This document shows positions 1 through 13,223 of a DNA stretch of 64,000 bases, in pieces. The stretch comes from Phoronis australis (lineage: Eukaryota > Animalia > Phoronida). Position numbers and translations under genes: made by a program. Numbering within the stretch: position 1 is the stretch's first letter; the number at the start of each line of letters is the position of its first letter. The notes beneath the pieces were generated by a model, which had not been told where the DNA came from, searched no databases, and was given only the letters and a program-made list of their open reading frames with translations. The stretch covers positions 255,642 to 319,641 of the forward strand of contig NMRA01000350.1 in NCBI GenBank assembly GCA_002633005.1, given 5' to 3'.

Positions 1-1065
1 CAGAAATATACGTAAGTTTAAAATTCATTGCTCGAGACCACACACATAAATCTTGTTGCACAAGGTAAAAGCATACATATATACGCATGTGCAATGAGGG
101 TGTGCCAGAAAGAGTCAACAGTTTTGAATAGCACATGCTTGGCGATAGTCAATCGGAAGAAGACCATCTGTAGTTTACAAGGGGACCGTGTAGTGGGAGA
201 GTCTGTGCGATAAATAGCCATTCATTACACCGGAAAAACGTGCTTGCCCAAGCTTCACTCTCAGTTTCGTGCGCGTCCGGAACGCGGCATAGAATAAAAG
301 TAGGATCCTGTGACGTAATCGTTTTTCATTTACGCTGGCTGTTCCTATTTAGAGTTAGTTCAAACATTACCTTCAGTTTAACTAAGCAAAATGTTTCACC
401 ATAAGATATGAGCAGTTCGCAAATAACAGTTCCATGTGTATTTTCATTTAACTTCGACGGCTATTTTATCGTTGCATCATCATAAATCGTCAATCAAATA
501 AAACTAAGAATACCTTTAATTAAATTTTTTACGAGAGATATTTCTTTAAGGGCAGATTTGATGCGAAACGGTATTACAAAGGGCCGCTAACCAAAAATTT
601 TGAACCTGATTTGGTTTTTCATATAGCCCTACACACCGTGATTTTTGGAACTAACTACGTCCATCATCGGTTGAACTGGCGTCGGTGTCATGGTTGAGCT
701 TTTGCCCAAATTATTTCACCACCTGTCTACCTGCATCTGTGGTAAAGAATTGTTCGCGCGTTTGTCTGAGGCGCTTCCAGGCCTCGACGCTCCAAGTAAA
801 AAAAAAGATTAGACGAGCTGCACACAGGTACTTGGATAACTTTTAAAATAGGGCTAAAATATCGATAACCGGTTTTCGTCTTGGTCCAAGTAGAATTCAG
901 CTACGTGAATAATCAAAGTCTCACACCAATTCCGTGGTCCGTGTTAGCGTGTTCCGCGGTTCAACTCTCTAATGCAAGATCACACGAATTTGGAAATACA
1001 CGTACGCCAGCAGCTTTCCTTGTTCGAAGATAGTAACCCAGTAAAGTAATCAAAAATAGAGAATA

Positions 1066-1793
1066 CTACACGAGTCTCGGGTTTATGACATGGGTAAGAG
1101 ATTTTTCCCATGTCATAAATCTGAGACTCGTGTAGAATTGGTTTTCTCACATGAACCGTAAAAACGATCTTTTTTGCCGAAAAACTTGACGTGTCTAAAG
1201 CATAAACCGCAACTTTTGTAAAAACACGCTTGGGCAATGTAAAGTAATTCAGGTACTTTTTGTTGAAAGTTTTATTTTAAGCTCAACAATTGTAAACTGC
1301 ATTCAGCTTTCGTAGCAAATAAATTAGAATCTAATAAATAGTTTTTGAAGTTAAAATATTAAAACTTAAAAAATGTGAGCAAGATTTTCTCGCGCGTGAG
1401 CACTGAATTGACCTTGAGACAACACAACTAGACAGTCTCGCCGCGTTTCTCAAATTGGGGCTCGTCTCCATTTTAATGAACGTGGATGTGGAATTCGCCA
1501 CCGAAGATGGGTCCGTTAAAGAAGTTGTTTGCATGTCCTTCCGACTGGGAGTACGTACAGTTGCGACACACGATTTGTCAATCATAACCTTTTCAGCTTC
1601 TCGGAATTCCGGCTTTGTTGGGTTGGCGCTCGTTTGGTTGTTTAGTGTTTTGCGGACGGTAAAATGTAAGGCGTATGGATTTTTTACTTTGCACTACTTT
1701 GTGATTCGCCCATGTAATATCAAAAAATACGTATTCTGTGTTATTAGCCAGTCGTGTCTTAACACATTCCAGGTCATGTGAGAAAAAGCTAAC
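1066..1793 (+). mobile_element. Interspersed repeat copy 1 (non-autonomous element with a hairpin at one end, 1066-1135)
   Basis: Matches the reverse complement of 11041-11845 and matches 12781-13223 in direct orientation. Begins with the palindrome ctacacgagtctcgggtttatgacatggg...cccatgtcataaatctgagactcgtgtag. Confidence 0.8.
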
Positions 1794-3601
1794 ATTGGTA
1801 CATGTATTCATTTTCGTAGCCAAATTATTTAAAGTGATTATATGTATAAAAATACTGCTACAGCATCGTATCGAGAAGAAGATGTGGACATCGAGTCACA
1901 TCTACAAGTCTTAACATTGTGCAGGCCTACTCACGATATTCAAGAATTGGAGCTAATGAAAAAAGAGTCCTAGTTTGCTATCGGGTTAGAATCAGACGAG
2001 AATAACGGTCCCTGTGACGACCCGACTGCATGTCGAAGTAGTAGCATTGTCTCGCTATAGCCGCCTGGTGGATCCCGAGCTGGGTGTGGAAAGCACGGGC
2101 AACGGGGCCTTTGTACATGTAGGTCTCGGTGTTCAAACTAATACGTTTACTAGCAATTGATTGCCACTCTCTCGTGCCGCTAACCGAACTAATTCTATTT
2201 TAGCAGTTACTAATGTGACTGTCAGTAGGGTGCTGCAAACCATGGGTAGATAATTACTGACTGACCTATCACGGTGTTTGTTTGGCAAATTTGATTGCGC
2301 AGTGAAATCAAATTCATCTTACCTTGGAGAGCTGTTCAAATCAGCAAAAATAATATTAAGATGTCTCTTAATGAACAGTTAAAATATAATGCTCCTAAGG
2401 ATAATCGTACAGCTTCAATTCAAATCTTGGAATTCAGAAGAGTTATCGACGCGTGCGTACTACGAGTATGACTGTGGACATTACACCGGAAATGGGCGCT
2501 GCGTCGAAGTATGGATCTCCAAACGATTTATTCTCTAAAAGCTACGAGAAAGAAAACGACTTCCTTCACGGGTCAGATCGTTTGTGTGCGTTGGCAGTTC
2601 AAAATCTCCGCTCTCATTGGTCATATCTATACACTGTTTCCGAAAGCACTACTGAGGAGTAGCGCTGTACAAAGTCATATGTCCTGAATTCCTCATGGTG
2701 TCAGACTCAGTGCGCATGCTCTGGCTTGGACGTGCCGTCTGTCATGAATGATCCACTCACTTCTGTGAACAATCCATAACGTTTTGGTTCAGTTGATTAT
2801 CAATCGCAAACCCTACCTAACACAGCTTCTCATTGGGCCATTCGTTAGGAAAATCTTACGCTAACAAGATTTGCAAGCAAGTGAACGAGAAAGTGTGCAC
2901 TGCACCCCAGAATACAGAGCGAAGTCCTCGATTGATGGCGCCGTCACGGATTGGGGGGGGGGGGGGNTGCTAATCATCGACTTGGCTGAAAGTCCTAGAT
3001 GAGATAATTAGATACGGTAGTAAATCAACACGCCTGTTTAGCGTTCTAGTCGAAAACCGAACAATAAATAAAGCAAAAGACCAATATGACTGTTTTTGAA
3101 ATCAAAAGGTAAAAATTAACCGTCTTTGAGTTTTTAAAATCGAGGCATTTTAAGAGAAATTAGCGTATATATTTTCTTCAGTTTCGCGGATAAGCAACGA
3201 GCATTAATTTGAGTATCGATTATGACCGTGTTAGTCACAGTCTGACTTGGGCTTCCTGAGGCGTTGGGGTAACAAAACCTCAAATATTAGCGTAAGATGT
3301 GTGTCATGGTTCTTGAAAATAAAATCTGCCTCAGCGGTGCAGGAATTGATAATATGAATATACTTTAAGATCATAAATTTGCGAAAGAAGTCTTTTAACT
3401 TACACATTTCGAAGCAGTAAAGTCGGGTGAGATTCTGACTGTTAAAACAATCAAAGCCGAAGTGGGACGGAGGTTAATATCTTACTTTAGAAGACGCTTT
3501 ACCTTCCACGTGTCCTACTTACAACATCGCACCGGATATAAATCTTAAAGATCATTTCCAGTCCACGATCAGATCATTATGAGGGTGTTTTGGGGGAACG
3601 T

Positions 3602-3950
3602 TATGTGAGTGATGTGAGCCTGTGGGGTGTTGTGAGATTCTGTGGGAAGTGTGAGCATGTGGGTATTGTGAACCTGTGGGTGTGTTGTGAGGCTGTGAAG
3701 GTGTTGTGAGCATGCGGGGTGTTGTGAGCATGTGGGGGAGTTGTGAGCATGTGGGGTGTTGTGAGAATGTGGGGTGTTGTGAGCATGTGGGTGNGGCATT
3801 GTGAGCCCGGTGGTGTGTTGTGAGTCTTTAGGATGTTGTGATCATATGTGGGGTATTGTGGGCATGTGGGATGTTGTGAGCCTGTGGATGTTGTGAACCT
3901 GTGGTGATGTTGTTAGCTTGTCAGGTGTTTTGTGTCTGTGGAGTGTTGTG
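3602..3950. repeat. Degenerate ~18-bp TG-rich minisatellite (tgtggggtgttgtgagca)n
   Basis: Tandem units are directly visible and explain the spurious His/Thr/Pro-rich ORFs. Confidence 0.9.
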
Positions 3951-6159
3951 GCCCCTATACACTTCCGTACCTCATACTTGTACGTTCGGCATTAATGACT
4001 TCACTAAACATTACGTACCGAAGTTACTGGCAAAGATTCGCGACGTTTCGTTGGATAAACAATCCTAAGAAGCCACGGGACTTTTGGAATCCCTAGGCTA
4101 TAACCGCAAAACTACGTGACATTCCTTGTCCATACACATTAGCCAATGGCGTTAACCATTAAGGTAAGAGTTGCCTTGGGAATCGATACGTTTATTTTCA
4201 CCCTTTCGCTGTTTTGATGGATTAGCCCACTGAAATGAATGACACGAGCATATCCACTTTATAGTCCCTGAAGTCCCTAAATTTGCATCCCAGCGATTTT
4301 GCGTCATTAACAAATTCAAAGCAATGTCTTAATGAATTTCAGCATATTCCTGCAGACGTCAAACAGTGGCACAGGAACCGATCCGATTCATCACTGAGAC
4401 AGACTCTTAACTTGAGAAATTAAATGATCCTCAAAGTGAATCAGTGTAGTCATCTAGCACTAAGTTCCAGATATAAGGGATGTATTGACCTTTGATCTTA
4501 TTCTAAAAGGTCTTGTGATATCTTTTAAGTTGTCACAGACCTTTAGGTGCGACAATTCTCTACGAGAGTCCTCCGAAATATCCGTTGTTGATGCGGCTGA
4601 CATGTACTGAGTTCAAAGTTCGATCAGCGGCAGATAAATATTGACGCGCATGGCCAAGGTACGTGTACATAGCGTGAGGGTGGAATGTTGGCATACTGTA
4701 ATTGGTTCTCCTAACATGGTTTCAAACAATTCCGTGGTTGCGTCTCTAAATGACAGCTACTCGTACGTCTAAACCCATGCACCCCCGTATCATCAGAACC
4801 AAATCCTTAGTACAAATTCATATGATGTCGGCGCCACTGAAATCTACACAAGGGCGAAAAATGCTGCATTCACGGTTACCAAACACCAGTCACTATAGCC
4901 ATAATCTTCGCCGGACTCAAATTCATTTGAGGGACTTGTCTCCGGGGCTGGAGCTTTTTAACTGCGTAAAAACATTTTTGGCGCGTGTGTGAGTTTAGGG
5001 ACGCAGACAAAGTATTTTGGCGATGTAGAACCTCATCAATCTAACTTATCGTTTCGTTTCTCATTTATTCAGCTTTTGTGTTTTATCATAAAAGCTTACA
5101 AGTACTAGTTCTTGATTGCTCCTCGTGCAAAAGTGAAATATTTTCAAAGCAATACTTACGTTCTGGAGAACAGCTCGTAAGTATTTAAAAGTTCAATTAA
5201 ATTGTATCAGCCATTTCTGAAATATGATATACAGAAATTGGCCAATTTTGGGTGTATCCAATTGTCTTACATAACATTAAGCCTATTGAACTGTTGTTAT
5301 CTGCCTCGATTTTAGTGAATGACTTGCGGCCAACGGCAAGAATTAGAGATTAGTATTAAAAACACAAAAGCATAATGCAATTTGCTATTTTATAGAGGTG
5401 GCCAAAGCGATAAACCTAAGACGTCTACCCCATCCAGCAATAATCACATAATGCGTTTTCGCCAACTAAAACCCAATGCGTCTCCTTTTAATTGATTTGT
5501 ACGACAGTAATGACGGGAAAGCCAAGTGGAGCGCCTACACTTTGATGTTATGATGTCTAGTTCTTGTGAATGCTAGAGCTTCATTGTTTTAGATGGGCTA
5601 ATTGAATGCAGATTGGACTTATTTCTGGAACCGTCTTCGGGGAACACATCTACACGCAAACCGTGTTGTCAAAATTTGTTAGTTGCAGTGATACAGTCAG
5701 AGTTGATCCATTGACGGGTAAAGTATAATGTCGGAAACAACTTTTTTGTGAAAAATAGAAAATTTGAAATGGATACATATGAAAAATCGGTCTCACGTCA
5801 AAAGGCGACACTCAGGCAAAAAAGCAATAGGGAAAGGGAATGCTGTACGAATTTTTGACAAAGCGAGGTGCGAAAAGAGGAATTTGTTGACTCGCTATGG
5901 GCGACATACTACAGCAGAATGTCTCGCAAGTCTCATCGACTAATTCTTCAAAGTTCGTACATCAATACAAAAAACCCTATCGGTTTAGACGTAAATCAAC
6001 GATGGCCAGTGTTACACAACCCCGTGCACTTGTCTCACCGACAGATCGTTATGGTAGTAGGTGTTGACGCGGTCTTCTCAGTGAAATGACGCATTCCGCC
6101 GGTACAGATCGTTGTTTTCAATCAGCAACAGTTACGAGAAACGAGAATTGGGTTTCGGA

Positions 6160-6305
6160 GCTCTTCTGTGATTGGTTAGTTTTTCTCGACGCGCGCGATG
6201 AGATTATTCTTTTCTTTACGACAGTTTCTAGGCTTCGGTCACAACTCTAAAGAGCGGAGTAAGAGAAAGCGGTGTATTTTAGATTCACAGGATATTTTTA
6301 CTACG
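6160..6305 (+). promoter_or_regulatory. Putative distal promoter and non-coding first exon of the nAChR gene
   Basis: CCAAT box (attgg, ~6171), CpG-rich patch and donor CG|gtatgt at 6305/6306, about 640 bp upstream of the acceptor at 6946. The start coordinate is approximate. Confidence 0.4.
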
Positions 6306-6989
6306 GTATGTTTTTCATTTCTCTCATGTTAAAGAATTAGAATATCCATCTACATTTAATTTAATCTTCTGTAATTCAACGTGATCAGCGGCTTATATCT
6401 AGTAAAATAAACAAGTGCGTATAGAAGATTGTCCACCTATAGCTCCACCTACTCTCGAAGTAATTACTTTCAACCACAGGTGAGGCGAATTAGAGGTAAA
6501 TATCCCATGTCTTATTAATATTTGGATGGCATTAAGGGTCATTCTAAAATAACTCAGGTTTTGAAGTCTTGGCGTTTCATCGCGCTCGTACAGACTCCTA
6601 ATTAAGAAGCCCAGCTGGGAAGTCTCGTTTAATACAATGTTATATTCGCGTTTAATCTAAACTTCGGAAATTAGCGTTCATGTTAATTGAAACACCATTC
6701 TTCAGTGAGTTGGTAAGTCAAGAATTAGACCGGTGATCATGATTGATATGTTGTACGGATTATGTAGGAGCCAACAAGTGTCACGTTCAAAAGTACATGT
6801 TGTGCCGTTCACGGAACTGTTAAGCTATCGAAAAAATGAGAACAAATCTCCAAAAAGGAATGGACAAGGAGATGCGTACATGTATATATATGCAGTCAAT
6901 ACATGCAGGAAATTTGTGTGTCAGTAATTGTTGTGTTCTTCTCCAGGCTCCAGTAGAAGGCTACACGAACCCGACCTGAGCACGCTGAA

Positions 6990-7035
6990 ATGTTTTCGTT
7001 TGGTGCCATCTGCGCAGTGCTCTACCTGGCGTCAC
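6990..7035 (+). CDS. nAChR alternative signal-peptide exon 1a (MFSFGAICAVLYLAS-R; exon 6947-7035)
   Basis: Acceptor tgttcttctccag at 6946, aaaATG start, hydrophobic core, consensus donor C|gtaagt in phase 1. Joins 44042 in frame (…LASRGLAISDEKK). Confidence 0.65.
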
Positions 7036-9519
7036 GTAAGTTAGCTGCTTAGACATTTTAAAGTGCAAATAAGTTAAATAAACACGTAATACTGGTTTAT
7101 TCCCCCCAAGTAAACAGCCTCATTTGCTTACAATAGTAGTTTGTGTGTGAATTGATAATACCAAGACTTTCGAGTTGAAATTGAAAAATTGATACTTCAA
7201 CTAGTATATGCGCCATTTCAGGACAACGATATCTTTAATAAGCGAGACTTTTAAAAGCACGCGAATGCATTTATTAAATTCTAGGTATTTCTATGTAAGT
7301 CCAACCGCATTACTTAAGGCAAATTAATTTGTCGGCCGCCTAGTTTCTTTCTACCAGCCTATCTTATGAGCCAATTTGATGATTAAATTTTTGCGCGTTT
7401 TCATCACCAGCTGAATTTTTCATACATGTTCTAACCATGTAAATACCATTCCTAACAAACACGTAAATATTTTATGGTTTTAATATAACAACATGGCCAA
7501 TACGATTTCTGTGATTACACCTGATGTTTCCCTCGGGCAAAACTCAACAGCCCTCACGAACGATTGTCTTCAATCGTTTTTCATAAAAGACACAAATATG
7601 ACGTGGATGGTTAGTAGTAGTCATTTGAGTGCAAACACAGGATTTATCTAATAGCATTTTGCGCATGCGCATCCCTGGGTTAACAACAAGAGTAATTATT
7701 TTGTTGGCACGCTTTTCAATGACGAGTTTTGGTTTACCTTTCTGTTGCCTTCTCCAGAAGAAATAATACATGTACACGTTCTAAAAAAGAAACGAGTCTT
7801 TGCTGGTTATATTTTTATATTTCGTGGGATCCAGGCTCATTAGGAGCAAGCACACGAATGCACGTGTGCATTATGGCTGATGAAAAATGAAGGAATTTCC
7901 AAATTCTTTTCAGAAAAATACGTTAAGCTGCACTAACGATCTTGCTCACTGGAAACAAAATACTTGAAATAACTACGATTGTTAGAATCCAATTTTGACA
8001 ATTCCAAGTTACGAACAGATGAAAGTCACATTGAGGTGACATCGATTCATGTGCTGAGGAAAACGTGCACATCAAATATTTTTGTACTTTGTTTGTCTAA
8101 GTCGGTATAGTTGTTGTTGTTTTAAAAAATCCGTAACAGTCCACCCAACATTATACCTACTCTGGTGTAAGCAGGTACCACTCAATAATTACTATCTGAA
8201 ATTACGAATGAAATGGATAAAGAAAAACGAATACAGATTGTTAGAGGCACCCTTCGTAACCCTGGTACCAGAAAAAAGGGTTGGGTTTGAAATGATTACC
8301 AGATTAATAAACAGTCACACTCATGATATCAACAGAGGCTTGAGTGAGTTTAGATTTATTTCACCCAGCTTACTGTAATTAAATATATTTTAGTGCATCA
8401 CATGTATCAGATTATCTAGAGTATTGCGTTATGCGATGATATATTGGTTTTAAGCTTATTTTTTATTTTTTACTTCACTTGGTATTCCGTTCTGTAGTTC
8501 ATTTTATTCTCCATATGTTTGCATCTTTTTATTTTACGATCGTATTACCTACTGTTGTTTTATCCCTGTTATCAGTTCATTGTCAGGCCGCGCAGTCGTC
8601 TTTCGATTATGAGTATGTGGTAAATTCCTCGGCTCATTTTCCTTCATCCTCTCATTTTCTGCTCTTACGCATTTTAACTTCAGGACAACTTCCTCATTTT
8701 CCACTTACTGTCCCAAACATCAAATTTTACACAATTGATGAAGATCAAAAGCACCGCTCGGTACATTTGGTTTTCAATAGACGCGTATTTATACCGTCTA
8801 TATTCATCTTCTATGCAATTAGTAACATATTTGACGGTTTGGCATTAGGGATCTTTAGTTGGCTCTCGTTCCATCTTTCTCTAGTAAGTCGCTTTGTTAC
8901 GACACCGGTTGATCGATCTTTTGAAGAATGGTGTCTTTGGGAAAGATTAAGGCGTCAGTCATTCTGGAATAGGTTAACTTCTCCCATAATACAATGTAGG
9001 AAGAGAGAGAGATTGTTTGCCAATACATTGCTGCGCTGGAGAGGGATTACGTACTCATTTAAAATTCCAACTCTTCACTGGAACGTAAGACTCTCATCAA
9101 CTTGCGCACACTTGATTCTAGGATCCAATATAAATGTCAATACATTTTCAATTCCAACTTGACTACAGAACATGGGGAAAACTTGCATGTCCGATATCAT
9201 TTGCAATATTGTTATTTCCTTTAAATGAACGAAAGTGAGGTTGTCGTATATACGTATTCCTATACCGTCTGCTCTCGCACGTTCGTGTCGAAGTAGTTTA
9301 GAACTAGAATGGAATGACGATGATGCGTATTTATTTATTTATACTCCAGAGACATCACAGAAAGAAAACATTAGTCATGACCTAGCAAAAGAAAAAAAAA
9401 GAAATAAGAACATAAAATGAGAAGACAATACACTGTATCTAGGCAACGAAATAAGATAGCAGATACAATGTATGAACAAGTTTGGGTTGTTCAATACTGT
9501 ACTCCACAGTGAAAACGTT

Positions 9520-10130
9520 TGAGCTAGTCTAGATTTAAAGAGACCCAAATTGTTAGAGATCTTTTAGGTTTTAAAGTACTCCAATGAATTCCACAGTTTG
9601 TGTGTCCACCAAATCTCAAACTATTTAACCGCATTTACTGGTATTACACGAGGTATATTCAGTACTATATTGGTTTTTAAATCATAGGGAGATGATCTGC
9701 GAGTCAACATATCAGAGGTACACGTATAAGTGAGAACATAACTATGTTAAGTGATTTATGCATGAATCGAAAACAATATGCCGAAATCGTTTTTAATACA
9801 GGGCTCTGTTTTGGGAGAACATCATTATCAACATGGAGATCATCAACATTAAAACCGTCTCAAGAGCATACATGTATGATCTTTCAGGCTTGTCACGGTT
9901 GGTCTTGTTTATAAAATGCCAGATAGTGTCACAAAACTGGCTATAAATTAACGCTTGAAAAATTGTGACAGTTAAATCATGGGTTAAAAAATATTTGAGT
10001 TTACGTAGAATAGCAAAGTGTTTAGCCTTTCTCTTAATAGCATTATCGATGTGTCCATCAAAAGTTAATGACTTTGTTTTTAGCTTTCTTTTGGCATTTT
10101 TGTTCTTAGTAAGACAGTTAATTCTACTGA
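9520..10130 (-). mobile_element. Degenerate 3' fragment of a non-LTR retrotransposon (CR1/L2-like RT C-terminus)
   Basis: Minus-strand translation DGHIDNAIKRKAKHFAILRKLKYFL…IFQALIYSQFCDTIWHF…, followed by NIPRV…KLWNSL. This resembles LINE ORF2 C-terminal motifs and contains frameshifts. Confidence 0.7.
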
Positions 10131-11040
10131 ACACGTGATTCCAATTGTTCTGCATTATTTTCGTTCTCGACTTGATCAGATAGATTTATTCCTTGCAAAC
10201 AGTCCTAAAAATCTCCAGTTTTAAATATAGTAAAAGTGTCTGTAAATGTTCTAAAATCTGATTTTGTTAAACATGTACTTGTCGCATGTATGCGCACATT
10301 TAGGCTCATGCGCCTTGGTTTGAAACTTTTCCTGTATCTCCAAAACAGTTGAGATAAACCAAACATGAAGGGAAGATTGACTGACCGGTTACAAAATGAC
10401 AGGTGTAGGCGTGCTTTCAATTTAAGATAAATAAACACGCTACTAACAAGCGAATACACATTACGGAAACCTAACTGCGACAAATGTTTACACTACATAC
10501 CTACACTAATCTTTGAAGTTGAAGCTTACTATTACTGAACACCTTTGAATGACAATTCACGAAACCACACATTGCAAAATCTTAAAAATCGCAAAACACA
10601 TTGCGTGCACGAAGATCTTTTATGTAATCAAGTTTTTGTGTTTTTAAAAGAAAAAATGCAGTTTTAGTCTAGATTGCAATGACTTCTACAAACGTGATTT
10701 TTTTCGCACACACCCTAAAAGCTCTTCAGTATTTCCATATCCATCAACTACAACTACTGATTTGTGATTATCCGTCCTCTACAGCTCGAGAACTCGGCTG
10801 TCAAAAACGAAGACGTCGACATACTAACTGAAAAAATCAAAAATCACTATTTCAGGTCCGTATTTGTCGCTGACAGACTTTTTGCAAGTCTTATTTCCCG
10901 GAACATTTTCCGGGATAGTTTCCTTCCAATTTTTATTCGAGTGAATACAGCTAATAATTTCAAAACACGTGCATTCGTACATTTGCAGAAATCGGAAAAA
11001 ACACGCAAAAAGACTCGTCTATAGATAACAGAACCATAAT

Positions 11041-11845
11041 TCCCATATGACCTGGAATGTGTTACAACACGACTGGTTAATAACAACGAGTACGTATTTG
11101 TTGATATTACATGGGAGAATCGCAAATCAGTGCAAAGTAGAAATATATACGCCTTACATATCGTCTGAAAAACACTAGTGGCAACAACCAAACACGCGCC
11201 GACCAAACAATACCGGAATTCCATGAAGGTGACAAGGTAATGATTGACAAATCGGGTGTCGCAACTGTATGTACTTCAGTCGGGAGAACATGGAAACAAC
11301 TTCTTAAAAGGACCCTAATTGGTGGACGAATTCTTACGTTCATTCAAAGGAAGACGAACACCAACTCAAGAAACGCGGTGAGACTGTTGAGCTGTGCTGT
11401 CTCAAGTTCAATTCAGTGCTCACGCGCGGGGAAGCCCTGCTGTCTGTTATTTATAAACATTTGTTAAATTTTAATATTACAACTTCAAATACTATTTATT
11501 AAATTCTAACTTCAACATTTGTTACGATAGCTGAATGCAGTTTACAATTGTAAAGTTTAAAATAAAACAAAAAGTAACCGAGTTTACTTCACCTTGTGCA
11601 AGCGTATTTTTACAAAAGTTGCGTCATGTGGTCGAAAGTTTTAGACACGTCGAGTTTTTCGGCAAATACGATCTTTTTATGGTTCAAGTGATAAAACAAA
11701 TCCTACACTCGTCTCAGGTTTATGACATGAGTAAAACCTCTTGGAAATTTCGTCAAATCCCCGAGGCTTGCTGAGGGATTTTGATAAAATTGTGACGAAA
11801 TTTCCAAGAGGTTTTGCCAATATCAGAAACCTGAGACGAGTGTAT
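11041..11845 (-). mobile_element. Interspersed repeat copy 2 (inverted), hairpin at 11703-11845
   Basis: Reverse-complement similarity to 1066-1793, with a longer internal palindrome. Confidence 0.8.
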
Positions 11846-12780
11846 AATTTGCTATTTATTCCTAAGTTTTGCATGAGCAAAATTAGGTCAGTGAAAGTTA
11901 CGGCAATCGGCGTTCAAAATCACCTCTTGGAAACATTCGTTCACGTGACTTGTGACAACACACACCAAACTGTAGCTTTTGTTTACGTGACCATTAAAGC
12001 TTTCCCTCAAGTCATTTTTGTTATTGCATTAGTCATGAGTTACAATTCACGAAAACGCGAATGCACTGTTGTCAACTGATATGCCAAGTGGCCTTTTCGT
12101 GCCATATTGCGTCACCTTTTAAAAGAACACAAAACGAGCAAGGCCGTTAAAAGAGAACTCGTAAGGCTCAAGGTGCTGTTGTCACGGGACCTCAAGTTCT
12201 TAAAAATCGCAGCGTGCATTGTGTTCTAGCCTTAAAGTCGGGCACTTTACCTGACTTCTATGAGAAAGCGAAAATTTGACGTGCACCGCTTTCTATTGCA
12301 TTTTTTCACACAGCCGAGGGTATCAGAGTATACAGAACACCAAATTGTCCGTAATAGTTTTTATTTCGGGGTTTCATCAACGGCAAAGCTTACTCATTAG
12401 CGGCGTTGATGGCTATTTTTTCAAGTGCCATGTGGGACTGATGTCAGCACGTAAACTTCCGGTGACATCACAGACAACTTGGTAAAGTGTAAACAACTTG
12501 ACAAAAATAACACTCGTCACTTGCGTGACCAGAATTAAAGCACGGGTTCACTGTAACATGGTTTTAGTGCGATTACGACAAACAGGTCATCACGAGCAAA
12601 TAAAAGATTGATACCGAGACTCAAAATTCATCGAATGAATGCACAGATTAGCAAATGATTCGCGCGAAAGATTATTGAGGCACGCGCCATCCGATATCGC
12701 AGAATGCATGTTACAATTTGAATTATGAATCATACCAGCAGTTCGTGGACGCAAAAATGCAAGATCATACCTAGAGATTC

Positions 12781-13223
12781 CTACACTCGTATCAAGTTGA
12801 TGACATGGGCAAAACCTTGTGGAAATTTTATCACAATCCTGAGGCTTGCCGAGTGATTTTGACGAAATTTCCAAGAAGTTTTGCCCAGTTCATAAACCTG
12901 GGAGGAGTGTAGGATTTGTTTTCTCACCTGAATCATAAAAGCAATCATTTTGCCGAAAAACGAGTCTAAACCTTTAAACCACATGACGCAACTTTTGTAA
13001 AAACACGCTTGCGCAAGGTAAAGTAAACTCAGTTAGTTTTTGTTAATTCCAGCATTGTTTGGTTGGCGCACGTTTGGCTGTTGGTATTAATATTTTGCAG
13101 ACGAAAAAATGTAAGGCGTATGGATTTCTACTTTGCACTACTTTGTGATTCGCCCATGTAATATAAAAAATACGCACTCAGTGTTATTCCTCAGTCGTGT
13201 CGTTGATGTGAGAAAAAAGTTAA
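12781..13223 (+). mobile_element. Interspersed repeat copy 3 (internally deleted), hairpin at 12781-12912
   Basis: Direct similarity to 1066-1260 and 1615-1793; the middle ~350 bp is missing. Confidence 0.8.

Noticed and set aside
8479-9162. 227-aa ORF, the longest in the track
   Set aside because: TTG start, composition driven by T-rich sequence (Phe/Ser/Leu), no recognisable domain or splice context, and the opposite strand has stops in all frames checked. Probably chance.
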